From contig CAZLKB010000004.1 of the NCBI GenBank assembly GCA_964560005.1, positions 76,112 through 140,111 on the forward strand: a stretch of 64,000 nucleotides of DNA. The letters run 5' to 3'. The DNA is from an uncultured Gammaproteobacteria bacterium. GTDB taxonomy: Bacteria > Patescibacteriota > Patescibacteriia > Patescibacteriales > GWC2-42-12. Made by a program: the position numbers and the translations under genes. Under the pieces are notes generated by a model. That model saw only the letters and a program-made list of their open reading frames with translations. It had not been told where the DNA came from and did not search any database. How positions within the stretch are numbered: position 1 is the stretch's first letter; each line of letters opens with the position of its first letter. Positions 1 through 7,632 of the stretch are shown here, piece by piece.

Positions 1-140
1 ATATGATTTGTCGTTGCGAGCGGAAAGCCCTCCTTCTAAAGGAGGGGTAGGGGAGGTTAAATTGTAATGGAATTAATTTAACCCCCTTAATCCCCCTTTT
101 GAAGGGGGACAAAATAAAATCGCTCCCCGCAATGACAAAA
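1..140. repeat. GC-rich composite hairpin element at window edge (possibly partial)
   Basis: Imperfect inverted termini GTCGTTGCGAGCG (10-22) and CGCTCCCCGCAATGAC (121-136) enclose CCCTCC/GGAGGG and CCCCC/GGGGG mini-hairpins. The same building blocks recur elsewhere in the window. Confidence 0.6.
24..63 (+). repeat. 39-bp element AAAGCCCTCCTTCTAAAGGAGGGGTAGGGGAGGTTAAAT, copy 1
   Basis: Its reverse complement recurs at 21807-21845 with one mismatch. Confidence 0.85.
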
Positions 141-163
141 GGTTTTCTTACAATAAATAATAT

Positions 164-1255
164 ATGGAGGATCTAAAATATTGGCTGGCTCTAAGCCAAT
201 TTTATAAATTCGGCCCGGTTAAATTTAAGAAAATAAAAAAATACTTTCCGAATATGGAAACCGCTTTCCGCGCGCCGTTTCAGGAGTATGTCCGAGCCGG
301 GATTGATGAAAAGACGGCCGAAGAATTCACAATTTTTAAGCATCAAATTGAACCAGATCGGCTCTTGGAAAATTTAAACAAGGAAAAAATCAAAACTTTA
401 ACCATTGACGATTCGGCCTATCCAAAACTCCTAAAGCAAATCTACGACCCTCCCCTATTAATTTACTATCGCGGCGAATTGGAAGCTTTTACTGATTTCA
501 TGCTAGCCGTTGTGGGCACCAGAAAATTTACTGCTTACGGACAGCAGGTTACGGAAAAAATAGTTAGGGAGCTGGTGGCCAATCAGTTAACTATCGTCAG
601 TGGCTTGGCCTTAGGCATAGACACGCTGGCGCATCTGGCGGCTGTGGACGCGGGCGGCAAAACCATCGCGGTACTGGGATCCGGACTGGATCAGCAAAGT
701 ATTTTCCCCTCGCAAAACCGCTATCTGGCCGATAAAATAGAAGCTCACGGCGGCCTGGTTTTAACCGAATACGCTCTTGGCACACCGCCATTAAGCCACC
801 ACTTTCCCAGAAGAAACCGCTTAATTTCCGGGCTGTCTCTCGGCACCCTGGTGATTGAAGCCGGAGATAAGTCAGGCGCGGTTATTACCGCTATGCACGC
901 TCTGGATCAAAATCGGGAGGTTTTCGCCATCCCCGGCAATATCTACTCGCCTTACTCGGCCGGCACCAACAGCCTAATCAAAATGGGAGCCAAGCTGATA
1001 GCCGGCGCCAAAGATATCATTGAATCTCTTAATTTAACCGAAGCGGTCGCTTTTACCGAGAATAAAAAAATTATTCCCGAATCGGCTGAGGAAGAATTGA
1101 TTTTGGCCAGTTTAAATTACGAACCGGTTCATGTTGACGAGCTGGTTCGCTTGACAAAGCTTGACACCTCGGTTATAAATAGTACACTTACTATCATGGA
1201 AATGAAAGGAATGATAAAAAATTTGGGCAGTATGCAATATGTACTGGCTAGATAA
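164..1255 (+). CDS. dprA: DNA-processing protein DprA/Smf
   Basis: 363-aa ORF with the DprA core 'VVGTRKFTAYGQQ...IVSGLALGIDTLAHLAAVDAGGKTIAVLGSGLD...RNRLISGLS'. It sits directly upstream of topA, a common arrangement. Confidence 0.85.
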   Translation: MEDLKYWLALSQFYKFGPVKFKKIKKYFPNMETAFRAPFQEYVRAGIDEKTAEEFTIFKHQIEPDRLLENLNKEKIKTLTIDDSAYPKLLKQIYDPPLLIYYRGELEAFTDFMLAVVGTRKFTAYGQQVTEKIVRELVANQLTIVSGLALGIDTLAHLAAVDAGGKTIAVLGSGLDQQSIFPSQNRYLADKIEAHGGLVLTEYALGTPPLSHHFPRRNRLISGLSLGTLVIEAGDKSGAVITAMHALDQNREVFAIPGNIYSPYSAGTNSLIKMGAKLIAGAKDIIESLNLTEAVAFTENKKIIPESAEEELILASLNYEPVHVDELVRLTKLDTSVINSTLTIMEMKGMIKNLGSMQYVLAR

Positions 1256-1268
1256 TCTGGCAAGAACT

Positions 1269-1396
1269 AAATTTAAAATGTAAAAATCAAAATGAAAAAT
1301 GACAGTTTAAAATTTAAAATTATTAATCATTTGGGTAATTAGACATTTTGCATTTTACATTGTCATTTTACATTTTCAGATTTTAACTTTACATTA
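1269..1396. repeat. AT-rich palindromic intergenic module, family A (AAAATGACA / TGTCATTTT arms)
   Basis: The left arm ...TGTAAAAATCAAAATGAAAAATGACAGT... is mirrored by ...CATTGTCATTTTACATTTTCAGATTTTAACTTTACATT. It ends 4 nt before the topA ATG. Confidence 0.85.
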
Positions 1397-1399
1397 TTT

Positions 1400-3625
1400 A
1401 TGAAGCTAGTCATCGTTGAATCTCCAACTAAAGCCAAAACCATTACTAAATTTTTAGGTTCGGATTTTACCGTTGAATCTTCTTTCGGGCATGTCCGCGA
1501 TTTGCCTTTAAGCACTATGGGTATTGAAATTGATAATAATTTTGAACCTAAGTATGTGGTGCCGGCTAAGGCTAAAAAGAATTTAAAAAATCTTCAATTA
1601 TTAGCCAAAAAATCAGATAAAATTATACTGGCAACCGACGAAGACCGAGAGGGCGAGGCTATCGCTTGGCATTTGGCCCAGGCGCTAAAAATCAACGAGG
1701 CCCAAACCGATCGCATAGTTTTTCATGAAATTACCAAACCGGCCATAGAACAGGCCTTAGAGAAGCCCAGAAAAATTGATATGAAACTGGTTGATGCCCA
1801 GCAGGCCAGAAGGATTCTTGACCGCTTGGTCGGCTATGAGCTGTCCCCTTTTTTATGGAAGAAAGTCGCCAAAGGCTTATCCGCCGGCCGCGTGCAATCG
1901 GTCGCGGTGCGCTTAGTGGTTGAACGGGAACGGGAAATTAAAAAATTTAAGACGGATGAATTTTGGACGGTGGAGGCAAGTTTGCAAAACGAGCAGAAGC
2001 TGCCGTTCTCAGCCAGGCTGAATAAAATCGCGGACAAGACGATTGATAAGCTGGAAATAAAAAACCAAGAACAGGCGGAAAAAATATTAGAAGCGCTTAA
2101 CGGGGCAAAATATCTGGTGGCCGACCTGGAAAAAAAACAAACCAAAAAACAGCCGCCTAAGCCATTTACCACCTCCAGCTTACAGCAAACCGCCAATCGC
2201 TGGCTCGGTTTTTCCGCCAAGCAAACCATGATGATAGCGCAGCAGCTTTACGAAATGGGCTTTATTACTTACATGAGAACCGATTCGCTGAATCTGGCTG
2301 ATAAATTTTTAACCGAAACGGCACAATATTTAAAAACTAATTTGGGTGAAAAATACAGTTTAGCCTCGCCGCGCCGCTTTAAAACCAAAGCTAAGGGCGC
2401 TCAAGAAGCCCACGAAGCCATTAGGCCGAGCGAAGCCTCCCGCGCTCCCGAGTCAGTCAGTTCTGATTTAAATCCAAATCAAAATAAATTATATAAATTA
2501 ATCTGGCAGAGAGCCATCGGCTCGCAGATGCCCGAAGCGATTGTTGATACCACTACGGTTGATATTGACGCCCTAGAAACGCCCTATCAATTCAGAGCCA
2601 ACGGCCAAATTGTAAAATTTGACGGCTATCTAAAAATTTATCCCGAGGCAAGCCAGGAAATAGTGCTCCCGGAGATGAAAACAAAAGAAGAGTTGGAGCT
2701 TCTGGATTTAAAAAAGGAGCAGCATTTTACCAAGCCGCCGGCGAGATTCTCGGACGCCGGCTTGGTCAAAGAATTGGAAAAACACGGCATCGGCCGGCCC
2801 TCAACCTACGCGCCGACTATTAACACCATTATTGAACGGAATTATGTTCAGCGCGACGAGAATAAGCGTCTGGCTCCGACCGACATCGCTTTCGTGGTGA
2901 TTGATTTATTGGTTGAGCATTTTCCTAAAATTGCAGACTACGAGTTTACCGCTAAAATGGAAAATGATTTGGATATGATCGCCGAGGGCGAGGTTAAATG
3001 GCAGCCGATTATTAAAGAATTCTATGAACCATTTCACGCCAATCTGGAAAGTAAATATGAAACCATAAACAAAAATGATATTGTCCCGGAAGAGAAATCT
3101 ACCGAAATCTGCGATAAGTGCGGCGCTCCCATGATCGTTAAAACCGGCCGCTACGGAAAATTCCTGGCTTGCAGCGCTTTTCCGGGATGTAAAAATATAA
3201 AATCCATGCCCGGAACCGATCGAGATAAAAACGGCCGAGCTGACAGTAAGGAGATTGACGAACTTAAAGATAAATATAAGACGGAAGTTTGTGATAAATG
3301 CGGCGCGCCTATGGCGGTCAAAGTAGGAAAATTCGGCCCCTTTCTCGCCTGCTCCGCCTACCCTAAGTGTAAAAACATTAAAAGCATCAACGGCGCAGGC
3401 CAGGGAACCGGCGCAACCTGCCCGGTTTGCAAAAAGGGCGAGGTCGTGCAAAAACGCAGCCGCCGCGGCATCTTCTACGCCTGCAACCAATATCCTGCCT
3501 GCAAAACCACCTTCTGGAGCAAACCCACGGGCGAAAAATGCCCGGATTGCTCGAGCCTCTTGATTGAAGACGCGAAAAAAGGCGAAATAAAATGCTCCAA
3601 TAAGGATTGCGGGTATATTAAATAA
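1400..3625 (+). CDS. topA: DNA topoisomerase I with C-terminal zinc-ribbon repeats
   Basis: 741 aa. N-terminal TOPRIM 'LVIVESPTKAKTI...ATDEDREGEAIAWH', the active-site region 'GFITYMRTDS', and four CxxC...CxxC ribbons ('CDKCGAPM...CSAFPGC'). Confidence 0.95.
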   Translation: MKLVIVESPTKAKTITKFLGSDFTVESSFGHVRDLPLSTMGIEIDNNFEPKYVVPAKAKKNLKNLQLLAKKSDKIILATDEDREGEAIAWHLAQALKINEAQTDRIVFHEITKPAIEQALEKPRKIDMKLVDAQQARRILDRLVGYELSPFLWKKVAKGLSAGRVQSVAVRLVVEREREIKKFKTDEFWTVEASLQNEQKLPFSARLNKIADKTIDKLEIKNQEQAEKILEALNGAKYLVADLEKKQTKKQPPKPFTTSSLQQTANRWLGFSAKQTMMIAQQLYEMGFITYMRTDSLNLADKFLTETAQYLKTNLGEKYSLASPRRFKTKAKGAQEAHEAIRPSEASRAPESVSSDLNPNQNKLYKLIWQRAIGSQMPEAIVDTTTVDIDALETPYQFRANGQIVKFDGYLKIYPEASQEIVLPEMKTKEELELLDLKKEQHFTKPPARFSDAGLVKELEKHGIGRPSTYAPTINTIIERNYVQRDENKRLAPTDIAFVVIDLLVEHFPKIADYEFTAKMENDLDMIAEGEVKWQPIIKEFYEPFHANLESKYETINKNDIVPEEKSTEICDKCGAPMIVKTGRYGKFLACSAFPGCKNIKSMPGTDRDKNGRADSKEIDELKDKYKTEVCDKCGAPMAVKVGKFGPFLACSAYPKCKNIKSINGAGQGTGATCPVCKKGEVVQKRSRRGIFYACNQYPACKTTFWSKPTGEKCPDCSSLLIEDAKKGEIKCSNKDCGYIK

Positions 3626-3660
3626 AAAGAGCCGCCAACTTATTTAAAGCGGCGGCGACC
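3626..3660. terminator. Hairpin GCCGCC-N14-GGCGGC after topA; on the minus strand it is followed by a T-run
   Basis: Stem 3631-3636 / 3651-3656. The minus-strand reading is GCCGCCGCTTTAAATAAGTTGGCGGCTCTTTTT. Confidence 0.6.
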
Positions 3661-3878
3661 TCCGGTTTTTAGCCGAAGCGGGCAAATGCTTATAGAATTT
3701 CAAAGAACTCTACCCCCACCTTTCATTGCCTCCTGGCGGGAAAATGGACTAAAAGACCACACCGTACACCTAGTTATTATTATTATTGATCACATTCATA
3801 AGTTTAGCGCCGATTTATGCGCCTAGTGTTTAGGTTCACCCTATCTGACCATCGCGCCAGGGGGTTTGTCGTAAATAA
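3627..3878 (-). ncRNA. Candidate ~250-nt small RNA of unknown class
   Basis: On the minus strand it is bounded by a TTGACA-N16-18-TATATA/TATATT promoter (3880-3908) and by the hairpin plus T-run at 3626-3660. It is more GC-rich than other spacers. A long-range pairing CCCCCTGGCG / CGCCAGGAGG is possible. There is no credible ORF and no match to tmRNA, SRP or RNase P signatures. Confidence 0.35.
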
Positions 3879-3879
3879 A

Positions 3880-3908
3880 ATATATAATATGAGCAATAAG
3901 CTTGTCAA
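3880..3908 (-). promoter_or_regulatory. Sigma70-like promoter (TTGACA, then TATATA/TATATT at 16-18 nt)
   Basis: The minus-strand reading is TCTTGACAAGCTTATTGCTCATATTATATATTTT. The -35 is the complement of 3903-3908. Confidence 0.5.
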
Positions 3909-3911
3909 GAT

Positions 3912-3952
3912 AAAAAAAGCGGAAACGCCACGAAGCGCGTTTCCGCTTTTTT
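3912..3952. terminator. Bidirectional intrinsic terminator
   Basis: A perfect 10-bp stem GCGGAAACGC (3919-3928) / GCGTTTCCGC (3937-3946), flanked by an A7 run on one side and a T6 run on the other. Confidence 0.85.
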
Positions 3953-3965
3953 CGTATCTTCATTT

Positions 3966-4051
3966 TTATTCCTCTTTTTTCGCCCTCCGGCCGCCGTCTT
4001 TCTTTTTTTCCGTCAGACCCCTCACAACTTCCACCAATTTTTTTATGCCTT
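3966..4051 (-). pseudogene. Orphan duplicate of the last 28 codons plus stop of the 104-aa gene at 5227-5541
   Basis: 85 of 86 bp are identical to 5227-5312, with one C/T difference. It begins exactly at the stop codon and lacks the rest of the gene. Confidence 0.7.
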
Positions 4052-4075
4052 AGCCTAAAATTTTAAGTGGAAAAA

Positions 4076-5119
4076 TTATCGCTCTGGCGTATTTAACGCG
4101 AAACGCCCACTCTGCCAAGTGATTTGACGATGATTAAGAACTTCATAAAAAATATTTTCTTGTATATGATTGGGTAATTTATTATATCTCTCCCCTAGTG
4201 CTTTACGTTTTTTCTCTAATTCAGCAGCTTCTGCCGGTACAAGGTTAGATCTTTTATTTCTCCATTTCACATACTCTCCACTAAGCTCAATGTATTCTTC
4301 TCGTTCAGTGTTCTTGCTTAAAATCAAATCAATGGTTTGCTTTTCCTTGCCACTAAAAAAACCGAGTGATTTTTTTAATTCTTCAAATTCTTTAAAAATA
4401 TTACTAATTTTACTTCCTTCATCCCATTTTCTAATATCATTTCGAAACCTTCTTAAAAGAGCAGCCACTTCCTGTCGCTTTTTCCCTTTTCCTTCCTCGA
4501 GCTTTGTAAAAGCTGCATCAATAACCTCTATAAATTTCTCATATGCTGTTCTAAATTTATTTTCAATTTCACGTATTTTATTATCAATCTCTCTGCTTTT
4601 CAGAATTAACGCCTTTGCCTCATCAGCTAACAGCTCCACTTCTTTTCTAAAATCCTCCTTAAGCTTTTCCGTCTCCCGCTTCTCTTCAGCTTCTTGCCTC
4701 TTCTTTTCGTCTTCGGCTTGTATTATATCTGAAACGCCGGGAAAAGCTTCTAGGGAGGCAATTTTTTTGCTTATCTTGTCTTGCTGTTGATGCACGCCCT
4801 CTAAAAAAACTTCCGCCGCTTCCACCTGCTTTAAAAAATCAGGGTCTTTGCCAACGCCTTCTTGTTGCTTAAGTAACTCAAATTCTTTTAGTGACTCTTG
4901 GGTTTCTGATTCTAACTGATTTAGTTTTTCCGCTTCTTCTAAAAGGGCTTTTCTTTCATGAAACTTTTCATTAACAGTTTCTGCTCTTTCCCGTTTTGCT
5001 TGTTCTGCTTTTTGTTTTAAAATGGCAACGTTTTGTTTTATAGTCTCAAGACTATCTATCGGCTGTAACTCCGTCTTTTTCGGTTGAGGAGGATTTTCTC
5101 CGATCCTATTCTCGTTCAT
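4076..5119 (-). CDS. Hypothetical E/K-rich coiled-coil protein
   Basis: 347-aa ORF with strongly charged, heptad-like composition. No motif I recognise. It is bracketed by the 86-bp direct repeat. Confidence 0.6.
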   Translation of the reverse strand: MNENRIGENPPQPKKTELQPIDSLETIKQNVAILKQKAEQAKRERAETVNEKFHERKALLEEAEKLNQLESETQESLKEFELLKQQEGVGKDPDFLKQVEAAEVFLEGVHQQQDKISKKIASLEAFPGVSDIIQAEDEKKRQEAEEKRETEKLKEDFRKEVELLADEAKALILKSREIDNKIREIENKFRTAYEKFIEVIDAAFTKLEEGKGKKRQEVAALLRRFRNDIRKWDEGSKISNIFKEFEELKKSLGFFSGKEKQTIDLILSKNTEREEYIELSGEYVKWRNKRSNLVPAEAAELEKKRKALGERYNKLPNHIQENIFYEVLNHRQITWQSGRFALNTPER

Positions 5120-5226
5120 ATTTTTGGGGGGTTATCTATTATAATAATTTTCTCAATATTATTATATTATAATAGAAGAAACTTCATATTATAAATTTAT
5201 ATTATATAAAAAAATAAAATAATTGC

Positions 5227-5312
5227 TTATTCCTCTTTTTTCGCCCTCCGGCCGCCGTCTTTCTTTTTTTCCGTCAGACCCCTCATAACTTCCACCAATT
5301 TTTTTATGCCTT
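5227..5312 (-). repeat. 86-bp direct repeat, copy B (the genuine 3' end of the 104-aa gene)
   Basis: Matches 3966-4051 with a single mismatch. The two copies are 1261 bp apart. Confidence 0.9.
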
Positions 5313-5541
5313 CGCCAATCAAGAACAAATAAGACGCGCTATGCTCGATTTTTTCTTTTAGAGAATCAATAATTGTGTCGACCTTATGCAGCCGGTCGCG
5401 CATCTCCTTGATAATCTGGGAAGATTGCTTTAATATCATGGCCAGATAAAAAATCGCCCAGCAGGTAAAAATAGCTAGACCTAAAATTGAAATAGAGATG
5501 ACGATGTATAATAGGTCTTGGCTGTTGTTGAGTAGAGACAT
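5227..5541 (-). CDS. Small membrane protein (one N-terminal TM helix, charged C-terminal helix)
   Basis: 104 aa. 'LLYIVISISILGLAIFTCWAIFYLAMIL' followed by an amphipathic tail. Confidence 0.55.
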   Translation of the reverse strand: MSLLNNSQDLLYIVISISILGLAIFTCWAIFYLAMILKQSSQIIKEMRDRLHKVDTIIDSLKEKIEHSASYLFLIGEGIKKLVEVMRGLTEKKKDGGRRAKKEE

Positions 5542-5717
5542 AGAATTAAATTTAAAGTTTAAAAATCAAAATGCAAAATGCTAGCTCCGCTAGCACCCCG
5601 CAGATGCGGGGTCATTGCAGAGCAATGACAATGCAAAATTTAAAATTATTTATATTTAGACATTTTGCATTTTTAATTGTCATTTTAAACTTTGATATTT
5701 ACATTTTGCATTAATAA
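5542..5717. repeat. Family A palindromic module with GC mini-hairpins nested at its centre
   Basis: The AT-rich arms AAAATCAAAATGCAAAATG / ATTGTCATTTTAAACTTTGATATTTACATTTTGCATT flank CCCCGC-AGAT-GCGGGG and GTCATTGC-AGA-GCAATGAC (5596-5629). Confidence 0.85.
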
Positions 5718-6059
5718 CTAATTTGATTTTAACTTTTTGCTTTTTTCACCCATATCCTCAACCTCCACCTTAACCCCGCCCGCTTTTGCCGCAAACCAAT
5801 TATATATTCCCGCCATCATATAACCTAAACCCCAGCCCAATAAAGCGGTTAAGAGCGCGGTTAATACCCCTATTAATATTCCTTCGCCGAGGTTAAATAA
5901 AACTACCAGAACAGCCGAACCCAGAAAATCCTGACGCAGGATAATGTTGACTATAGTGTAAACCGCCACTATCATGGCCATAACGAAGCCGACCAAACCG
6001 TAAAGCAAAGCCGTTATTCTGGCAAACGAATTTTTGTTAATTTTTATTATTTCTTTCAT
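5718..6059 (-). CDS. Small integral membrane protein
   Basis: 113 aa with three predicted hydrophobic helices and a lysine-rich tail. Confidence 0.55.
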   Translation of the reverse strand: MKEIIKINKNSFARITALLYGLVGFVMAMIVAVYTIVNIILRQDFLGSAVLVVLFNLGEGILIGVLTALLTALLGWGLGYMMAGIYNWFAAKAGGVKVEVEDMGEKSKKLKSN

Positions 6060-6064
6060 AGAAA

Positions 6065-6141
6065 ACGAATTTAATGCGAATTAAAAGCGAATAATTTTAT
6101 CTTAGCTCAAATTATATTCGTATTAATTCGATTTAATTCGT
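6065..6141. repeat. AT-rich palindromic module (AATTCG / CGAATT words)
   Basis: ACGAATTTAATGCGAATTAAAAGCGAATA is mirrored by TATTCGTATTAATTCGATTTAATTCGT. Confidence 0.8.
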
Positions 6142-6170
6142 GCCTTGGTTCGCTATTTATTATATCACTT

Positions 6171-7061
6171 TTATCTAAAAACCGTAAATAATTTTAACCA
6201 ATCCTCAACCGATAATTCCTGGGCTCTAATTTTTCCGTTAAAACCGGCATTCTCGATGATACTTTGCGCTTCAGACTGCTCCATTTTCAACCCGGCGGCT
6301 AAATTATTTTTTAACATTTTCCGCCTTGAGCTAAAACCAAACTTTACCAGCCTAAAAAAATCTTTCTCTCTATTCTTTCCCCCTTGATACCCGCCCGACT
6401 GAACAGTCGTTCGGGCGGGAAGGGGGTGAGGGGGATTAATTTTTATCTTCACAATCGCCGAATCCACTTCTGGCTGCGGCCAGAAATATTCTTTTGGCAC
6501 CAACCGGACAATTTCTGCCTTGGCGTAAAACTGCACTGACACCGAAAGCAAACTCATCTTCCCGGGCTTGGCAGTAATCCTTTCCGCCACTTCTTTTTGC
6601 AGCATCAGCACCATTAACTCGGGTTTATTTTCTGCTTCCAAAAACTTCCTCAAAAAAATTGAAGTAATATTATAGGGTAAGTTTGCAACAATTTTAAAAT
6701 TGGATAATTGAAAATTGTTTGAAAATTGATAATTGAAAATTGAAAATTTCAATATATCTTCATTCACCACCTCCACATTTTTTATACTCTTTGCTGTTAA
6801 GCCGATCTGCAGAACTTCCGCCAATCTGTCATCCAACTCTACAGCCACTACCCGCCCGGCGTGAACCGCCAGTTTGGCGGTCATGAAACCCAGGCCGGGC
6901 CCGACCTCCAAAACCGTATCACTAGGCTTTAAATCCGCCGCCGCCACTATCTGGTCATAGATTTCTTCCCTAATTAAAAAATTCTGCCCTTTTGAACGGG
7001 CAGGCTTGATGTTATAAAGGCGGCAGAGTTCCTTGGTTTTTTCCAATAGGTCTGTATGCAT
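6171..7061 (-). CDS. rsmA: 16S rRNA (adenine1518/1519-N6)-dimethyltransferase with two repeat-derived inserts
   Basis: 'KGQNFL', the SAM site 'VLEVGPGLGFMT', 'ANLPYNI' and 'FSSRRKML'. Extra segments are 'SIFNYQFSNNFQLSNF' (nt 6690-6755) and 'PPHPLPARTTVQSGGYQGGK' (nt 6379-6434). Confidence 0.85.
   Translation of the reverse strand: MHTDLLEKTKELCRLYNIKPARSKGQNFLIREEIYDQIVAAADLKPSDTVLEVGPGLGFMTAKLAVHAGRVVAVELDDRLAEVLQIGLTAKSIKNVEVVNEDILKFSIFNYQFSNNFQLSNFKIVANLPYNITSIFLRKFLEAENKPELMVLMLQKEVAERITAKPGKMSLLSVSVQFYAKAEIVRLVPKEYFWPQPEVDSAIVKIKINPPHPLPARTTVQSGGYQGGKNREKDFFRLVKFGFSSRRKMLKNNLAAGLKMEQSEAQSIIENAGFNGKIRAQELSVEDWLKLFTVFR
6379..6434. repeat. GC-rich hairpin element in frame inside rsmA
   Basis: CCCCC...CCCGCCCGAC-TGAACAGTCG-TTCGGGCGGG...GGGGGTGAGGGGG. 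The architecture matches the intergenic G/C-run hairpins. Confidence 0.7.
6690..6755. repeat. Family B (TGAAAATT) word repeat in frame inside rsmA
   Basis: ATTGGATAATTGAAAATTGTTTGAAAATTGATAATTGAAAATTGAAAATTTC, the same words as the intergenic family B modules. Confidence 0.75.
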
Positions 7062-7080
7062 TTTTTTTACTTCTTAATTC

Positions 7081-7605
7081 TTACTTCTGACTTTTTCTAA
7101 ATCCTGCTATAATAAATTTATCAAGCTTTTCCAGCCAGGCATAAATTTTATTGGTAATCCCCGGTCCAACCGCGCAAGCCGAGCCATAACAGCCTCCGAC
7201 AGAGGCTAAAGAAGCGTCCGGAGAAATATACATTGAATTTGTCGTTCCGCCGTAAATCAGCTGACCGCCCGACGATAAACCAGTCTGGCTTGCCGCTATG
7301 ATAGACAATAATAAAGGCGGCTGGCCGGTACCACCGGCCGACGATCCATTAACATCTTCATACAAACTGCAATCTGCCGAGTCAACTAAATTGCAAAGAG
7401 TTCCTCCGGTGCAAGTATAACCGCTGGTGGTGCAGGGCGTAACTATCACATTAGTTAAACCAACCTGGAAAGGCATGCCGCCGGCCGCGCCGGCGAAATT
7501 ATTCCAGCGCCAAGACACCACCGATTTATGCATTATCAATCCGCCCATTACGAACACTAACAGCATGATGACAGAACCGATAGTTATTTTTTTTAGCATT
7601 TTCAT
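7081..7605 (-). CDS. Secreted or membrane-anchored G/S/T/C-rich hypothetical protein
   Basis: The ORF is 7081-7632. The likely start is M10 'MKMLKKITIGSVIMLLVFVMGGL', a signal/anchor sequence. It has several Cys residues. Confidence 0.5.
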   Translation of the reverse strand: MKMLKKITIGSVIMLLVFVMGGLIMHKSVVSWRWNNFAGAAGGMPFQVGLTNVIVTPCTTSGYTCTGGTLCNLVDSADCSLYEDVNGSSAGGTGQPPLLLSIIAASQTGLSSGGQLIYGGTTNSMYISPDASLASVGGCYGSACAVGPGITNKIYAWLEKLDKFIIAGFRKSQK

Positions 7606-7632
7606 AGCTTCTATTATTATAACATAATTCAA

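Noticed and set aside
597-791. Many ORF-track entries lie antisense to or nested within strong genes. Examples: 597-791, 1834-2229, 2906-3490, 4170-4790, 22007-25392 (several), 27364-27738, 34568-37085 (several), 40105-40989, 41655-41931, 43443-44570 (several), 52550-53670 (several).
   Set aside because: Each overlaps a well-supported conserved gene on the other strand. Their translations are low-complexity or composition-driven (for example Arg/Pro-rich in GC-rich stretches), and none has a recognisable motif. I treat them as shadow ORFs.
3627-3878. Assigning the candidate sRNA to tmRNA, SRP RNA or RNase P RNA.
   Set aside because: There is no GGGG...CCACCA acceptor pairing, T-arm or plausible tag ORF, which rules against tmRNA. 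There is no GGAA/AGCA helix-8 motif, which rules against SRP RNA. There is no GAGGAAAGUCC or ACAGAAA block and it is too short, which rules against RNase P RNA. It is left unclassified.
3817-4053. The 78-aa plus-strand ORF in the topA-downstream spacer.
   Set aside because: It runs antisense through the terminator hairpin and the duplicated 86-bp gene fragment, and its translation is repeat-derived (F/S/P-rich). It is not a credible gene.
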